Assembly: GCA_038534095.1 (NCBI GenBank)
Contig: JBCAXK010000004.1
Span: 1,300-65,299, forward strand
Length of the DNA stretch: 64,000 nt
Source: Chlamydiota bacterium
GTDB taxonomy: Bacteria; Chlamydiota; Chlamydiia; Chlamydiales; SM23-39
Direction: 5' to 3'
In this document: positions 37,573 to 45,889 of the stretch, piece by piece
How the letters are laid out: every line of letters starts with the position of its first letter
Numbering within the stretch: the stretch's first letter is position 1
Translations under genes and position numbers: made by a program
Notes under the pieces: model-generated
Told to the model about the DNA's origin: nothing
What the model saw: the letters and a program-made list of their open reading frames with translations, nothing else
Database searches by the model: none

Positions 37573-37603
37573 GACGCATGTCACTTGCTTCAAAAAACGT
37601 CAA

Positions 37604-37638
37604 CAGATTGGAGTCCTATCCTTCCAATCTGTTTTTTT
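37604..37638 (+). terminator. Rho-independent terminator
   Basis: Perfect 9-bp stem CAGATTGGA/TCCAATCTG with a 10-nt loop, followed by T7. It lies between two convergent genes. Confidence 0.75.
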
Positions 37639-37677
37639 GTGAACGATACCTTCGTAACATATTCGGAAAAGGAATTC

Positions 37678-38748
37678 TTAGCCTTTTAGAAGATGCTCAT
37701 CCAAAAACATTAAAAATTTGACAATATCTATTGAGATTTTTGCGTCCCAAGCATCTTCTTTTACATAATCTGGGTAGTACCCAAAATAATGACAACCCAA
37801 TTTCCTTGCAAAATCCTGATAAAGGCTTCTCGGTTCGTCCATTGAGCCGTGATCTATTTCCACTACCACGGTTCCTGGATGGGAAAAAATGAGATTGGCA
37901 AATCCCGATCCATGAGGGCCAACAATGATCTTTGCAAAAGAAAAAAGCGCTGCTTGCTCTTGCGGATCAAGATCTTCGAGACAAATGCTTACAAAGCCTT
38001 TCTTTTCTAACGCTTTTAATAGAGTTTCTTCTTGCACAATACGCCTTGAGCAGGCCTTTCTTCGAGAGATGTAGAGGCGCTCTGGGAAAGTGCTCTCCCA
38101 CTTTTTCGGCAAAAATGCATCACGAATACAGGCTTTTAGCCAACTTGGGAAAGCAGGTGATTTACTGGGGATAAAGGGAACTGAGGGTACAATCAGCAGA
38201 TCGGCTTTGATGATCGTATCCCCATTTACGAATAGAAAATCCCTCTCTGACAAGCCAAAATGTTCCATGAATATCTTGAGGGAGTTTTTCTGCCATGGGT
38301 GATCTAGATTGGCTAGATAGATCCGGTCATATTCTATTCCCGATTGAGCGAGGATCTTGAGCCTTGGGAGCACTTGGAAAAGCCAGTGGTACCAATTTTC
38401 CTGTCCTGAAGAAGAGATAACGGCCAACTTTCCTGGGAAAAACACCCAATCTTCGTTGGCTATATTGCGCTTTGGATTCAAAAGATTGTGCCGATGTGTA
38501 AGGTAGACTTCTGTATTTTGAAACACCTCTCCCCTGCTTGTCACAATTTTCCCTTCATTGACAACGACGCCATTTTTTAGAAAAAGGAGGAACTGTCTAG
38601 AGTCGGGCTCTTCTAAGAGGTACTCCACAAAGTCCCCCTTTTCCTCACACTCTTTTAACGAGATCAATCTGTCAGGGTGTTGCAGAGAAAAGCCCATAAA
38701 AGGTGGAAAGAGGCAAACAATAAAAAAGTATGCTGTGACTAAGCGCAA
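37678..38748 (-). CDS. Glycosyltransferase family 61 (DUF563)-like protein with N-terminal anchor
   Basis: NWYHWLFQVLPRL and the C-terminal YISRRKACSRRIVQEE...VGPHGSGFANLIF...VVVEI match the GT61 pattern. The N-terminus is hydrophobic. Confidence 0.6.
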   Translation of the reverse strand: MRLVTAYFFIVCLFPPFMGFSLQHPDRLISLKECEEKGDFVEYLLEEPDSRQFLLFLKNGVVVNEGKIVTSRGEVFQNTEVYLTHRHNLLNPKRNIANEDWVFFPGKLAVISSSGQENWYHWLFQVLPRLKILAQSGIEYDRIYLANLDHPWQKNSLKIFMEHFGLSERDFLFVNGDTIIKADLLIVPSVPFIPSKSPAFPSWLKACIRDAFLPKKWESTFPERLYISRRKACSRRIVQEETLLKALEKKGFVSICLEDLDPQEQAALFSFAKIIVGPHGSGFANLIFSHPGTVVVEIDHGSMDEPRSLYQDFARKLGCHYFGYYPDYVKEDAWDAKISIDIVKFLMFLDEHLLKG

Positions 38749-38795
38749 AGCAGGCCCCTTGTTTTTGTGAAAAATTAGGTAACCACTATTCAGTT

Positions 38796-39338
38796 TTACG
38801 CATATCTTTTAAAGAAAAAGAGAAAAATAATGAAGAAAATCGCAGCAAGTACGTTCGTAGAGTTGGGAGTTTTGTGCTCGATTTCGCTTTTTTCCTCTTG
38901 ATCCCAAGCCGTTGTTCCTGTTTGCAAATATCTGGAATAGGCAACCGACATGGAAAAGAAATAGATCCAAACAATCCCTAACCCCATTCCCCGAAAATAA
39001 ACCTTGAGCGATCGCCGAAAACTCGTTTTTAAAGAAAGAGGTTGGTCATATTGCCCCACCTTCATACGAAGGAGCATTTTTCCAGGGCTTGCTCTACCAA
39101 ACCGTAAAAATAGGGACTCAATGGGGACAAAAAGCAGGTACTCTATCGGAAAATAGTAGAAAAAATAGAGAGGGAAAGAGGTGAAGTATTTTCTAGCGAT
39201 ATAGACCGCTAAGTACACAAGGGAATAGTCAAACATGCGCGCTAGAAATCGGATCCAAACAGCCGATCTACGATCGATGAATGCCTCTTGGGTAGATGAG
39301 TCTAAAATCTCTGAGGGATAAGCAATATCATCGACCAC
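38796..39338 (-). CDS. RDD-family membrane protein
   Basis: RRSAVWIRFLARMFDYSLV followed by hydrophobic helices. GTG start overlaps the tsaC stop by 11 nt. Confidence 0.5.
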   Translation of the reverse strand: MVDDIAYPSEILDSSTQEAFIDRRSAVWIRFLARMFDYSLVYLAVYIARKYFTSFPLYFFYYFPIEYLLFVPIESLFLRFGRASPGKMLLRMKVGQYDQPLSLKTSFRRSLKVYFRGMGLGIVWIYFFSMSVAYSRYLQTGTTAWDQEEKSEIEHKTPNSTNVLAAIFFIIFLFFFKRYA

Positions 39339-40275
39339 TAATGGCTGCCTTCTCTATGCGGTTCATGAGATCCTCCTCTTGAAGAAGGGTCTTATCTAGA
39401 TAAATACCAATGGTTTTTTTCTTCAGTGTATCTGCTTTACGGAAAAGAGCGTATAAATTTTTCTTAAAAAAGGGGCAGGATCTGGGGAAAAGAGCACGTT
39501 TGTAGGATAAAAGCAGAGTCTCTTCCGGATCAAAAGTATCTAACTCCTTAAGATTCTCAAAAAGGACCACTTGGGCATTTGGCGCGTAATGGGGGTAGGC
39601 GACTCCTGGAGACCGGCCTTTGTCAGAAAGGGCGATCTTCACATCGAGTGATAGAGCTTTACCAAGCGCCTCTTTTGTGATCACTCCTGGGCGCAAAATG
39701 CGGGGAGAATCGGTGAGGTCAAGGACGGTTGATTCCAAACCAATCGAGCAAGAGCCCCCATCCACAATGCAAGCAATGTTTCCACCAAGATCGTGAAGAA
39801 CATCTGCCGCGCAAGTGGGACTTGGCTTTCCTGATAAATTGGCTGATGGAGCAATTAAGGGTTTTTTCAAAGTGCGTAAAATTTCGAGAGCTAGCGGATG
39901 ATCTGGGGCGCGAAGCGCTACTGTTGTTTTTCCTCCTAGATGGCGCTGTATGCGCGGGTGGGCAGGTAAAATCAAGGTCAAAGGTCCTGGGAAAAATGAG
40001 CCAAGTTTTTCTAAAAATGCTTTGTGGTTAGGATCAAGCTGGGTTAACGGCTCGATAGTACTCATCGCAAACGAAGCAACATGGACAATGCAAGGATTGT
40101 CTAAGGGGCGGTTTTTCACCTGGTAGACCGCTTTTTTTGCCTCTTCATGCCCAAACAAAGCTCCCAGTCCATACACCGTTTCTGTCGGGAAAGCAACCAG
40201 CTGCCCTTCCTGAAGGAAGTGTTTGACTTGCTGCAGAAGCGGTTTGGTCAAATAAGTGTAGATTTCTGTTTTCAT
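39328..40275 (-). CDS. tsaC: L-threonylcarbamoyladenylate synthase (YrdC domain plus Sua5 C-terminal domain)
   Basis: VAFPTETVYGLGA, APSANLSGKPSPT and the long C-terminal Sua5-type extension are present. Confidence 0.85.
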   Translation of the reverse strand: MKTEIYTYLTKPLLQQVKHFLQEGQLVAFPTETVYGLGALFGHEEAKKAVYQVKNRPLDNPCIVHVASFAMSTIEPLTQLDPNHKAFLEKLGSFFPGPLTLILPAHPRIQRHLGGKTTVALRAPDHPLALEILRTLKKPLIAPSANLSGKPSPTCAADVLHDLGGNIACIVDGGSCSIGLESTVLDLTDSPRILRPGVITKEALGKALSLDVKIALSDKGRSPGVAYPHYAPNAQVVLFENLKELDTFDPEETLLLSYKRALFPRSCPFFKKNLYALFRKADTLKKKTIGIYLDKTLLQEEDLMNRIEKAAISGR

Positions 40276-40352
40276 CTATTCTAGGATACTTTGCTGGATT
40301 TTTGTTGTCCAAAACTCAAAATTTTCTTAAGGATTCTTAGGTAGATTGTTTG

Positions 40353-41108
40353 ATGAAATCGATAGAAATTGTACCCCTTTTGCAAGATAACTACAGTTAT
40401 CTGATCCGTTACGGAAAAAAAGCTTTTGTGGTCGATCCATCAGAAAGCGGTCTAATCGCGCAGAAATTGCAAAAAAAATCCTCTACGCTATCCCATATCC
40501 TTGTGACGCATAGTCACGCAGATCATGTAGGGGGCGTCGCCGAGCTCGCTAAGAGGTATGGAGCGTCTGTTATCGGCCCAAAGGACCCAAAAATTCCCTG
40601 CTTGGACCATCCTTTGGATGACGGGGAGCGTGTCATTATCGGGCCTTATTTCGTAAGAGCCCTTTCCACTCCTGGGCACAGCTCTGCCCACCTCGCCTTT
40701 TTGCTCGAAGAGGAGCGCATCCTTTTTACGGGAGACTTGCTCTTTGGATGTGGGGCCGGGAAGCTAGAAGAGGACTCGCAAGATTGCGCCCATACCATGT
40801 GGTCTTCGTTAGAAAAAATCTTAGCATTCGAAGAGGATACGCAGATTTATCCGGGACACGAATATACAAAACAAAATCTTAGCTTTGCTGCCCATCTCGA
40901 AAAAGAGAATCCTTGGCTAAACGAGCGAGCCCTCTCCTTGGAGAAAAAATCAGCAAAGCTCGTGCCCACTACGCTCGGTCTAGAAAAAAAAACCAACCCT
41001 TTTTTGCGCGCAAACAGGATAGAAATGCAGCGGTTGGTTGCGCAAGAAACGGCAACTCCTGGAGACGCTCTTTGGGAAATACGGAAACGGAAAAACCGAT
41101 TTTCTTGA
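40353..41108 (+). CDS. gloB: Hydroxyacylglutathione hydrolase (glyoxalase II), metallo-beta-lactamase fold
   Basis: THSHADHVGG, TPGHSSAHL and YPGHEYT are present. Confidence 0.8.
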   Translation: MKSIEIVPLLQDNYSYLIRYGKKAFVVDPSESGLIAQKLQKKSSTLSHILVTHSHADHVGGVAELAKRYGASVIGPKDPKIPCLDHPLDDGERVIIGPYFVRALSTPGHSSAHLAFLLEEERILFTGDLLFGCGAGKLEEDSQDCAHTMWSSLEKILAFEEDTQIYPGHEYTKQNLSFAAHLEKENPWLNERALSLEKKSAKLVPTTLGLEKKTNPFLRANRIEMQRLVAQETATPGDALWEIRKRKNRFS

Positions 41109-41184
41109 AGGAAATTTTTTAGGCGCTTGCTAGAGATTGTGATTTGTGCGATCTTCTAATCAAGTTCGCTTGGAGGAAAAAACT

Positions 41185-41520
41185 ATGCCTATACAGAAAT
41201 CTTTTGCCGTTCTGCTGTTTTTTTACGCCGCCCTTGTCTGCCTACTTGGGATCATGGGTTATCGGGCAGCTGGTAGCACAGCTTCTCTCTATTCGGGACT
41301 GTTTTTCGGGATGGTCAGTTTGGTAGGGTCTGCCCTTATGTTGATTGAGCGCCCATTAGGCTGTTACCTAGGACTTTGTTCCTCGCTGATTCTGGGAATT
41401 TTTTTCTCGTTGCGGTTTCAAAAAACTCTCCAATTCATGCCTGCAAGCATAGCTCTTTTGAGTCTGATGGTTTTTTGCATGATGTCTTACGAGACCTACC
41501 AAATTAACCGACGGAGTTGA
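41185..41520 (+). CDS. TMEM14/UPF0136-family small membrane protein
   Basis: ATG at 41185 lies 8 nt after GGAGG. YAALVCLLGIMGYRAAGSTASLYSGLFFG and RFQKTLQFMPA parallel human TMEM14C ([29 protein letters not shown] and RFYHSGKFMPA). Confidence 0.6.
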   Translation: MPIQKSFAVLLFFYAALVCLLGIMGYRAAGSTASLYSGLFFGMVSLVGSALMLIERPLGCYLGLCSSLILGIFFSLRFQKTLQFMPASIALLSLMVFCMMSYETYQINRRS

Positions 41521-42169
41521 ACCGTTTTTCGATCAAAGGCCAGTCAATTTCTCGAAAAAAGGCTTCGATATACCGCCTGCGATTAAGATGAAATATGGTG
41601 ATGTAAGCATGCTCCCACACGTCCATGACAAGTAGAGGGGCCAGTCCAACAAGATTTCCTAGGTTGTGCTCCTCAATCCAGATATTCAAAAGAGCGCCTG
41701 TTTGCTCATCGAGACAAAGAACGACCCAGCCAATACCTCGCATCATCCCTGTCTGCACAAAATCGTGTTTCCAAGCCTCATAGCTCCCAAATTGCTCGAT
41801 CAAAGCATCGATGAAATGGGAATGGCTTGCAGGGACTCCTTGCCCGCCGAGCTCCGAAAAGTAGTATTCGTGCAAACGGAGACCACTCATCTCAAAATTT
41901 AGCCGCCTTTTCAACGCTCCATAGGCGTATGTTTTCTCACTTCCTTCCTTCCGCATTTCTGCGAGCTGTTCCAGTAGCTTACGAGCGTTTTTTACGTAGC
42001 CTTCATAAAGCTTGATGTGGAGTTCTAAAAGCTCTTTAGGAAATTTAGAGGTGCTAAAAAGAAACGAAAAATCTTGGGCTTCATATAACTCGAACGGAGC
42101 CCCCTGCCCTTCTTCGTCAGCGCAAATGGTCCCTGCTAGAAAAAAAACTGCGAAAAAATACCGCTTCAT
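41504..42169 (-). CDS. Fe/Mn superoxide dismutase family protein with signal peptide
   Basis: C-terminal DVWEHAYI motif. The N-terminus MKRYFFAVFFLAGTICA is signal-like. The upstream ORF extension was rejected in favour of ATG at 42169 or 42175. Confidence 0.7.
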   Translation of the reverse strand: MKRYFFAVFFLAGTICADEEGQGAPFELYEAQDFSFLFSTSKFPKELLELHIKLYEGYVKNARKLLEQLAEMRKEGSEKTYAYGALKRRLNFEMSGLRLHEYYFSELGGQGVPASHSHFIDALIEQFGSYEAWKHDFVQTGMMRGIGWVVLCLDEQTGALLNIWIEEHNLGNLVGLAPLLVMDVWEHAYITIFHLNRRRYIEAFFREIDWPLIEKRFNSVG

Positions 42170-42456
42170 AATCATTTCCCCTATCCTTCTAGCAAATAGC
42201 CAATCAGGTATTTGTTTTCTAGTCTTTGATCCAAAAGAAGACGGTTTCTCCATTCTAAAGAGGGCAAGCAAGGGCCCCTAGGAAATACAAATACGCGGTT
42301 TCATAGGGATTCTACCGAAAAAACGCCCATGTTTTAGGAAAGGTGCGATCAAGTCCGTTACGAAGAGATCTCTTTTAAAAAAAATCCTCTCTCAAAAAAT
42401 AGTCTATTTTCCTATATTGGTGATTTTACCAAGAATATCTCAAAATAGAGCGCGTG

Positions 42457-43032
42457 ATGAAAGCAAGAACACCCGATTATCCCATTGATCCCATGATTTT
42501 ATCCCGAAGATCTTCTCGGGCCATGTCTGGAGAACCGATGACAAAAGAAGAGCTCATGCCCCTCTTTGAGGCAGCTCGGTGGGCGCCGTCGAGCTACAAT
42601 CATCAGCCCTGGCGATTTATTTACGCATGTAAAGGCTCCCCCGATTGGGAACGTTTTTTTTCTCTCCTCTTTGAAAATAACCAGCTATGGGCCAAAAACG
42701 CGGCGGTTCTAGCCCTTCTTGTTTCTAGAAATCGGTTTGAAAAAAACGATGGACCTGCCCGGCTGCACAGCTTTGACGCAGGATCTGCTTTTGAGAATCT
42801 CGCTCTCCAAGGGACAAAAAATGGATTTGTCGTTCATCCAATGGAAGGGTTTGACGCAAAAAAAGCACAAAGCGATTTACAGGTTCCTGAGCACTATTCG
42901 GTACAAATTATGCTGGCCATAGGGAAACCGGGTAAGGTAGAAGACCTCTCCGACTCGCTTAGGGAGCGTGAGGGCTTTACAGATCGAAAACCGATCTCCT
43001 CTTTGGTGATGGAAGGGACTTTTTTGGAATAA
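42457..43032 (+). CDS. Nitroreductase family protein
   Basis: RRSSRAM...AARWAPSSYNHQPWRF is typical of NAD(P)H nitroreductases. Confidence 0.75.
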   Translation: MKARTPDYPIDPMILSRRSSRAMSGEPMTKEELMPLFEAARWAPSSYNHQPWRFIYACKGSPDWERFFSLLFENNQLWAKNAAVLALLVSRNRFEKNDGPARLHSFDAGSAFENLALQGTKNGFVVHPMEGFDAKKAQSDLQVPEHYSVQIMLAIGKPGKVEDLSDSLREREGFTDRKPISSLVMEGTFLE

Positions 43033-43063
43033 AAAAAGTCGAGTAAAACGATCTTTACCCGAC
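43031..43063 (-). terminator. Rho-independent terminator for the Hc2-like gene (hairpin shared with the convergent nitroreductase gene)
   Basis: 10-bp stem GTCGAGTAAA/TTTACCCGAC with one mismatch and a 6-nt loop. It is followed by T7 when read on the minus strand. Confidence 0.6.
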
Positions 43064-43076
43064 TTGACTAGATGGC

Positions 43077-43529
43077 TTAAGCAGTTAGCAGAGCTAAAGG
43101 ACTGGTCAGTTTCTTCTTGCTCTTTCTTTTCGCTGTAGGCTTTTTTTTCGCTACTTTTCTGCGAACTACCTTTTTCTTTGTCGCTCCAGCTCTCTTAGTG
43201 GCTGTTTTTTTGGCCGTTTTTCTTTTTGTTGCGACCTTTTTCTTCGCTTTTCGCTTAGTTGCCGTTTTTCTTGCCACTTTTTTTGCTGGCTTCTTCTTGG
43301 CAACTTTTTTGCGTGTGGCTTTTTTCGCTGGCTTCTTCCTAGCTACTTTCCTTTTAACCGGTTTTTTTCTAGCGGTTTTTTTAGCCGCTTTACGAGCTGT
43401 TTTACGCACGACTTTCTTACGAACCGTTTTTTTAGCGCTTGTAGCTTTTTTTCGAGAAGCGACCTTCTTACGGACGACTTTTCTCTTAACAGGCTTTCTA
43501 GTAGCAGCCTTTTTTCTTCGCTTTAACAT
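43077..43529 (-). CDS. hctB: Chlamydial histone H1-like protein, Hc2-like (Lys/Arg/Ala/Val repeats)
   Basis: 150 aa made almost entirely of K/R/A/V/T repeats (ARKKPAKK, KKVARK and similar). ATG at 43529 lies 6 nt after GGGAGGAG. The N-terminus MLKRRKKAATRKPVKRKVVRK resembles Hc2. Confidence 0.65.
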   Translation of the reverse strand: MLKRRKKAATRKPVKRKVVRKKVASRKKATSAKKTVRKKVVRKTARKAAKKTARKKPVKRKVARKKPAKKATRKKVAKKKPAKKVARKTATKRKAKKKVATKRKTAKKTATKRAGATKKKVVRRKVAKKKPTAKRKSKKKLTSPLALLTA

Positions 43530-44188
43530 GAACAACTCCTCCCTTTTGTTCTAAATCTTTTCTTCTGACAAGCAGAATGTTTAGTATTTTTAAAGCATTA
43601 CCTTACATTTGTTAATATAAAATATTTCAAATAAAAAAATCAAATTTACCTAAGTTTTTTTTTGATTTTAAAATTGCAAAATATTCAAAAATCCCCTTTA
43701 AATAGGCTCCTGAGCTATTTTTTCTCAGAAAAATTTTCTTCTAAGCATTCGCGATTTTTTGCGGCGATTATTGGCAAAAAACGCGCCCCATATTGTTTTC
43801 TTCAGCGCACTTGAGATGGGAAAATTTCCGATTTCGAAAGCGCAGATCATAGCCAATCCCGATTTGGATCGTCGCTTGGCTTCTACCCATCATCAAAAAC
43901 GGGCAAAATAAGATTGGTTGGACGCACCGAAATCGGGCCCGTTAGCCAGACCTGCCCCCTTTGCCTGCTAAGAAAAAAGGCGTTTGAATAGGTTGGGAGC
44001 AGATTGGGAAAAAATTGCACTACTAGCTTCTAAGTGAAGGTCTATTCATCGATTCTTATCCAATCCCTGACTTGGAGCTCCGATCAGCGATCAGTATTTA
44101 TACCATTCCTATAAACAGTAAGATCATCAATTTCATTTCTGCAATCGCCTAGACTCTGTTTTTAAAAAATAGGAGCTATCGTAGGCGA

Positions 44189-44480
44189 GGCAGGAAAGCA
44201 GTTCCTTTAGAAGGTAGGTATCTACATGATTTTGATCAGCTAGCTAGAAAAGAAGGCACTTCTCGTTAGCGGAGGCGATTTTTAGCCTACTTGCGCATCT
44301 TCAAGAAGGAAAAAACTTTACCGAAGCTGCAAAAGCAATGCGTGGTTCGTTTGAGATCTCTCATGACATGGGTTGAAAGATTTTGAAAAGAAGGCTTAGA
44401 GGGGCAAGCCTAGTAGAGGTGTGAGGACAAATTTCCCTACAAGCGGCCCAGAAGAGATCTGGAAGAAGGAGGTTCTAGGA
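44189..44480 (+). pseudogene. Degraded IS630/Tc1-mariner-type transposase N-terminal (HTH) remnant
   Basis: Reading across stops and one frameshift gives GRKAVPLEG.YLHDFDQLARKEGTSR*RRRFLA.L..QEGKNFTEAAKAMRGS...TWVERF*KEGLEG...KRPRR. This matches the IS630 N-terminal pattern (RA..L...eGks..eiAk.lgvs..tv..W..rf...GleGL...GRP). Confidence 0.55.
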
Positions 44481-44591
44481 GGTTTCACGATCAAGGAATC
44501 AATAGTCACAAGGCACCTTGCCTATCTTTTTTGTAGAGCTTGCCTTTGATACTTCCTTTATGGTGTAATTCTTCTTAAAAAGAGGTGATGT

Positions 44592-44846
44592 ATGCAACTT
44601 GTCTTGTACTATAGAAAGCGCTGCCCGTTTTGTAGAAAGGTTCTAAGCGCGTTAGAGGGGATGAATCTTCAAGTCCCGATGAAAGAGCTCTCAGAAGATC
44701 CTGCCTATCCTGAAGAGCTACAAAGCATCGGAGGCAAGACCCAGGTTCCCTGCCTAGTGCAAATAGACGCAGAAGGGAAAAAAAGCGCTCTTTACGAATC
44801 AGATGATATCATTGATTGGTTCAAGGCGAAAAACACCCCGCTCTAA
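44592..44846 (+). CDS. Glutaredoxin-like protein
   Basis: 84 aa. CPFC active site at residues 11-14 and a downstream TQVPCL motif. SD AGAGGTGA is present. Confidence 0.7.
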   Translation: MQLVLYYRKRCPFCRKVLSALEGMNLQVPMKELSEDPAYPEELQSIGGKTQVPCLVQIDAEGKKSALYESDDIIDWFKAKNTPL

Positions 44847-44860
44847 CTCTTTCTAAAGAG

Positions 44861-44892
44861 AGACGCTCTCTAAAAGAGCGTCTTATCTTTTC
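44861..44892 (+). terminator. Rho-independent terminator
   Basis: Perfect 9-bp stem AGACGCTCT/AGAGCGTCT with a 5-nt loop, followed by TATCTTTT. Confidence 0.65.
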
Positions 44893-44960
44893 GTCCATTC
44901 GCGAAAAAAAGGGCCTTATCAAACTGCACAATTCTGGAAGCTGCTATCTTCAGCGAAGAG

Positions 44961-45770
44961 TTACAACGAGCGTTTTACGTCCTCTTTAGCCGCTGGAAAT
45001 AGGCCGTGGTCTTCAAAGGAAAATACCTTATTTTTCGAAGCGCTGCTTTTCTCTTGCTGGGCAGGATGACCCGATCCTTGAAACACGCCATTTTTGGAAA
45101 TGAGGATCTTCACCTTCCCAATTTCATCTACAAACAGCATGCTGGAAGGGCTTTTTCCATGCATTAAAATCCCCTCATTACCCATACCTCCTGCAATCAG
45201 AAGATGGGGCACCTGTTGGATCATACCCATAGCAGCCATTGGCTCATTATTCGGAGAAAAAAAGGAAACGCTCGGATTGCTCCCACCACGCAAAATAGAC
45301 GCTGCAAAACCCTCTCCTGTAGCAAGACCGATCCCTGTTCCTCCTCCTTGCAACATGGTCCATGTACCTATGACTTTATTTTGCCGGTTCTTGATGAACA
45401 TCCCAGCTCCAGGTCCTCCGGTCAAAGAGAGCTGGTCTGCCGTCGTGCGATCTCCTAACTTCAGCTGCGCATGGTCATTTTTTGCCACAACCTGGAAAAC
45501 AGAATCTCCTTCCGTTTGGATGGTGATTTCTGGGGTCTCTCCTCCCAAGATTTGTACGCTTGTTGCTCCAGATTCGCTCCTCATCGTCAAGGAGGGCTGG
45601 TCGTTTTCGCAGCTGATCTCTATCGAACAAGAGCCTGTTTCATTTTGCAAGAACAACGTTTTTGCGTGTAAAACGTCGTCTTGACTTCCTTGTGAAAAAC
45701 TGGCAGTCAAAAACCAGCAAAATAGTACCAGATTGCTAGCTGCGCAGATATTCATGATTGTTTGTCGCAT
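44961..45770 (-). CDS. Hypothetical exported Gly-rich protein
   Basis: Signal-like N-terminus (NICAASNLVLFCWFLTASFSQG). Gly/Ser-rich, beta-strand-like sequence. No family was recognised. Confidence 0.5.
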   Translation of the reverse strand: MRQTIMNICAASNLVLFCWFLTASFSQGSQDDVLHAKTLFLQNETGSCSIEISCENDQPSLTMRSESGATSVQILGGETPEITIQTEGDSVFQVVAKNDHAQLKLGDRTTADQLSLTGGPGAGMFIKNRQNKVIGTWTMLQGGGTGIGLATGEGFAASILRGGSNPSVSFFSPNNEPMAAMGMIQQVPHLLIAGGMGNEGILMHGKSPSSMLFVDEIGKVKILISKNGVFQGSGHPAQQEKSSASKNKVFSFEDHGLFPAAKEDVKRSL

Positions 45771-45889
45771 CCCGTCCCCTTTTGTGCATCATACCTATCC
45801 ACTTCGTTGTGTCTGATTTTCCGCTTCTTGTCAACAATAGGATTTTTTTATAGAATTTTTTCTAATTATTATTTTTGCTCTCTCATTTT

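Noticed and set aside
43117-43554. 145-aa Phe/Leu/Ala-rich ORF on the plus strand
   Set aside because: It is the exact antisense mirror of the Lys/Ala/Arg-rich Hc2-like gene. AAG/AAA/GCN codons read as CTT/TTT/NGC on the other strand. It has no SD, whereas the minus-strand gene has a strong SD and a terminator.
43700-44188. Attempt to extend the IS630 relic to include a DDE catalytic domain or terminal inverted repeats
   Set aside because: Translations in all frames gave only short fragments. One was a vague NPI..W..L-like string, with no convincing DDE region. Only the N-terminal HTH relic (44189-44480) is supported.
45094-45684. 196-aa plus-strand ORF inside the exported Gly-rich protein gene
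   Set aside because: It is a shadow ORF antisense to a longer ORF that has a signal peptide and an SD. It has no independent start-site support.
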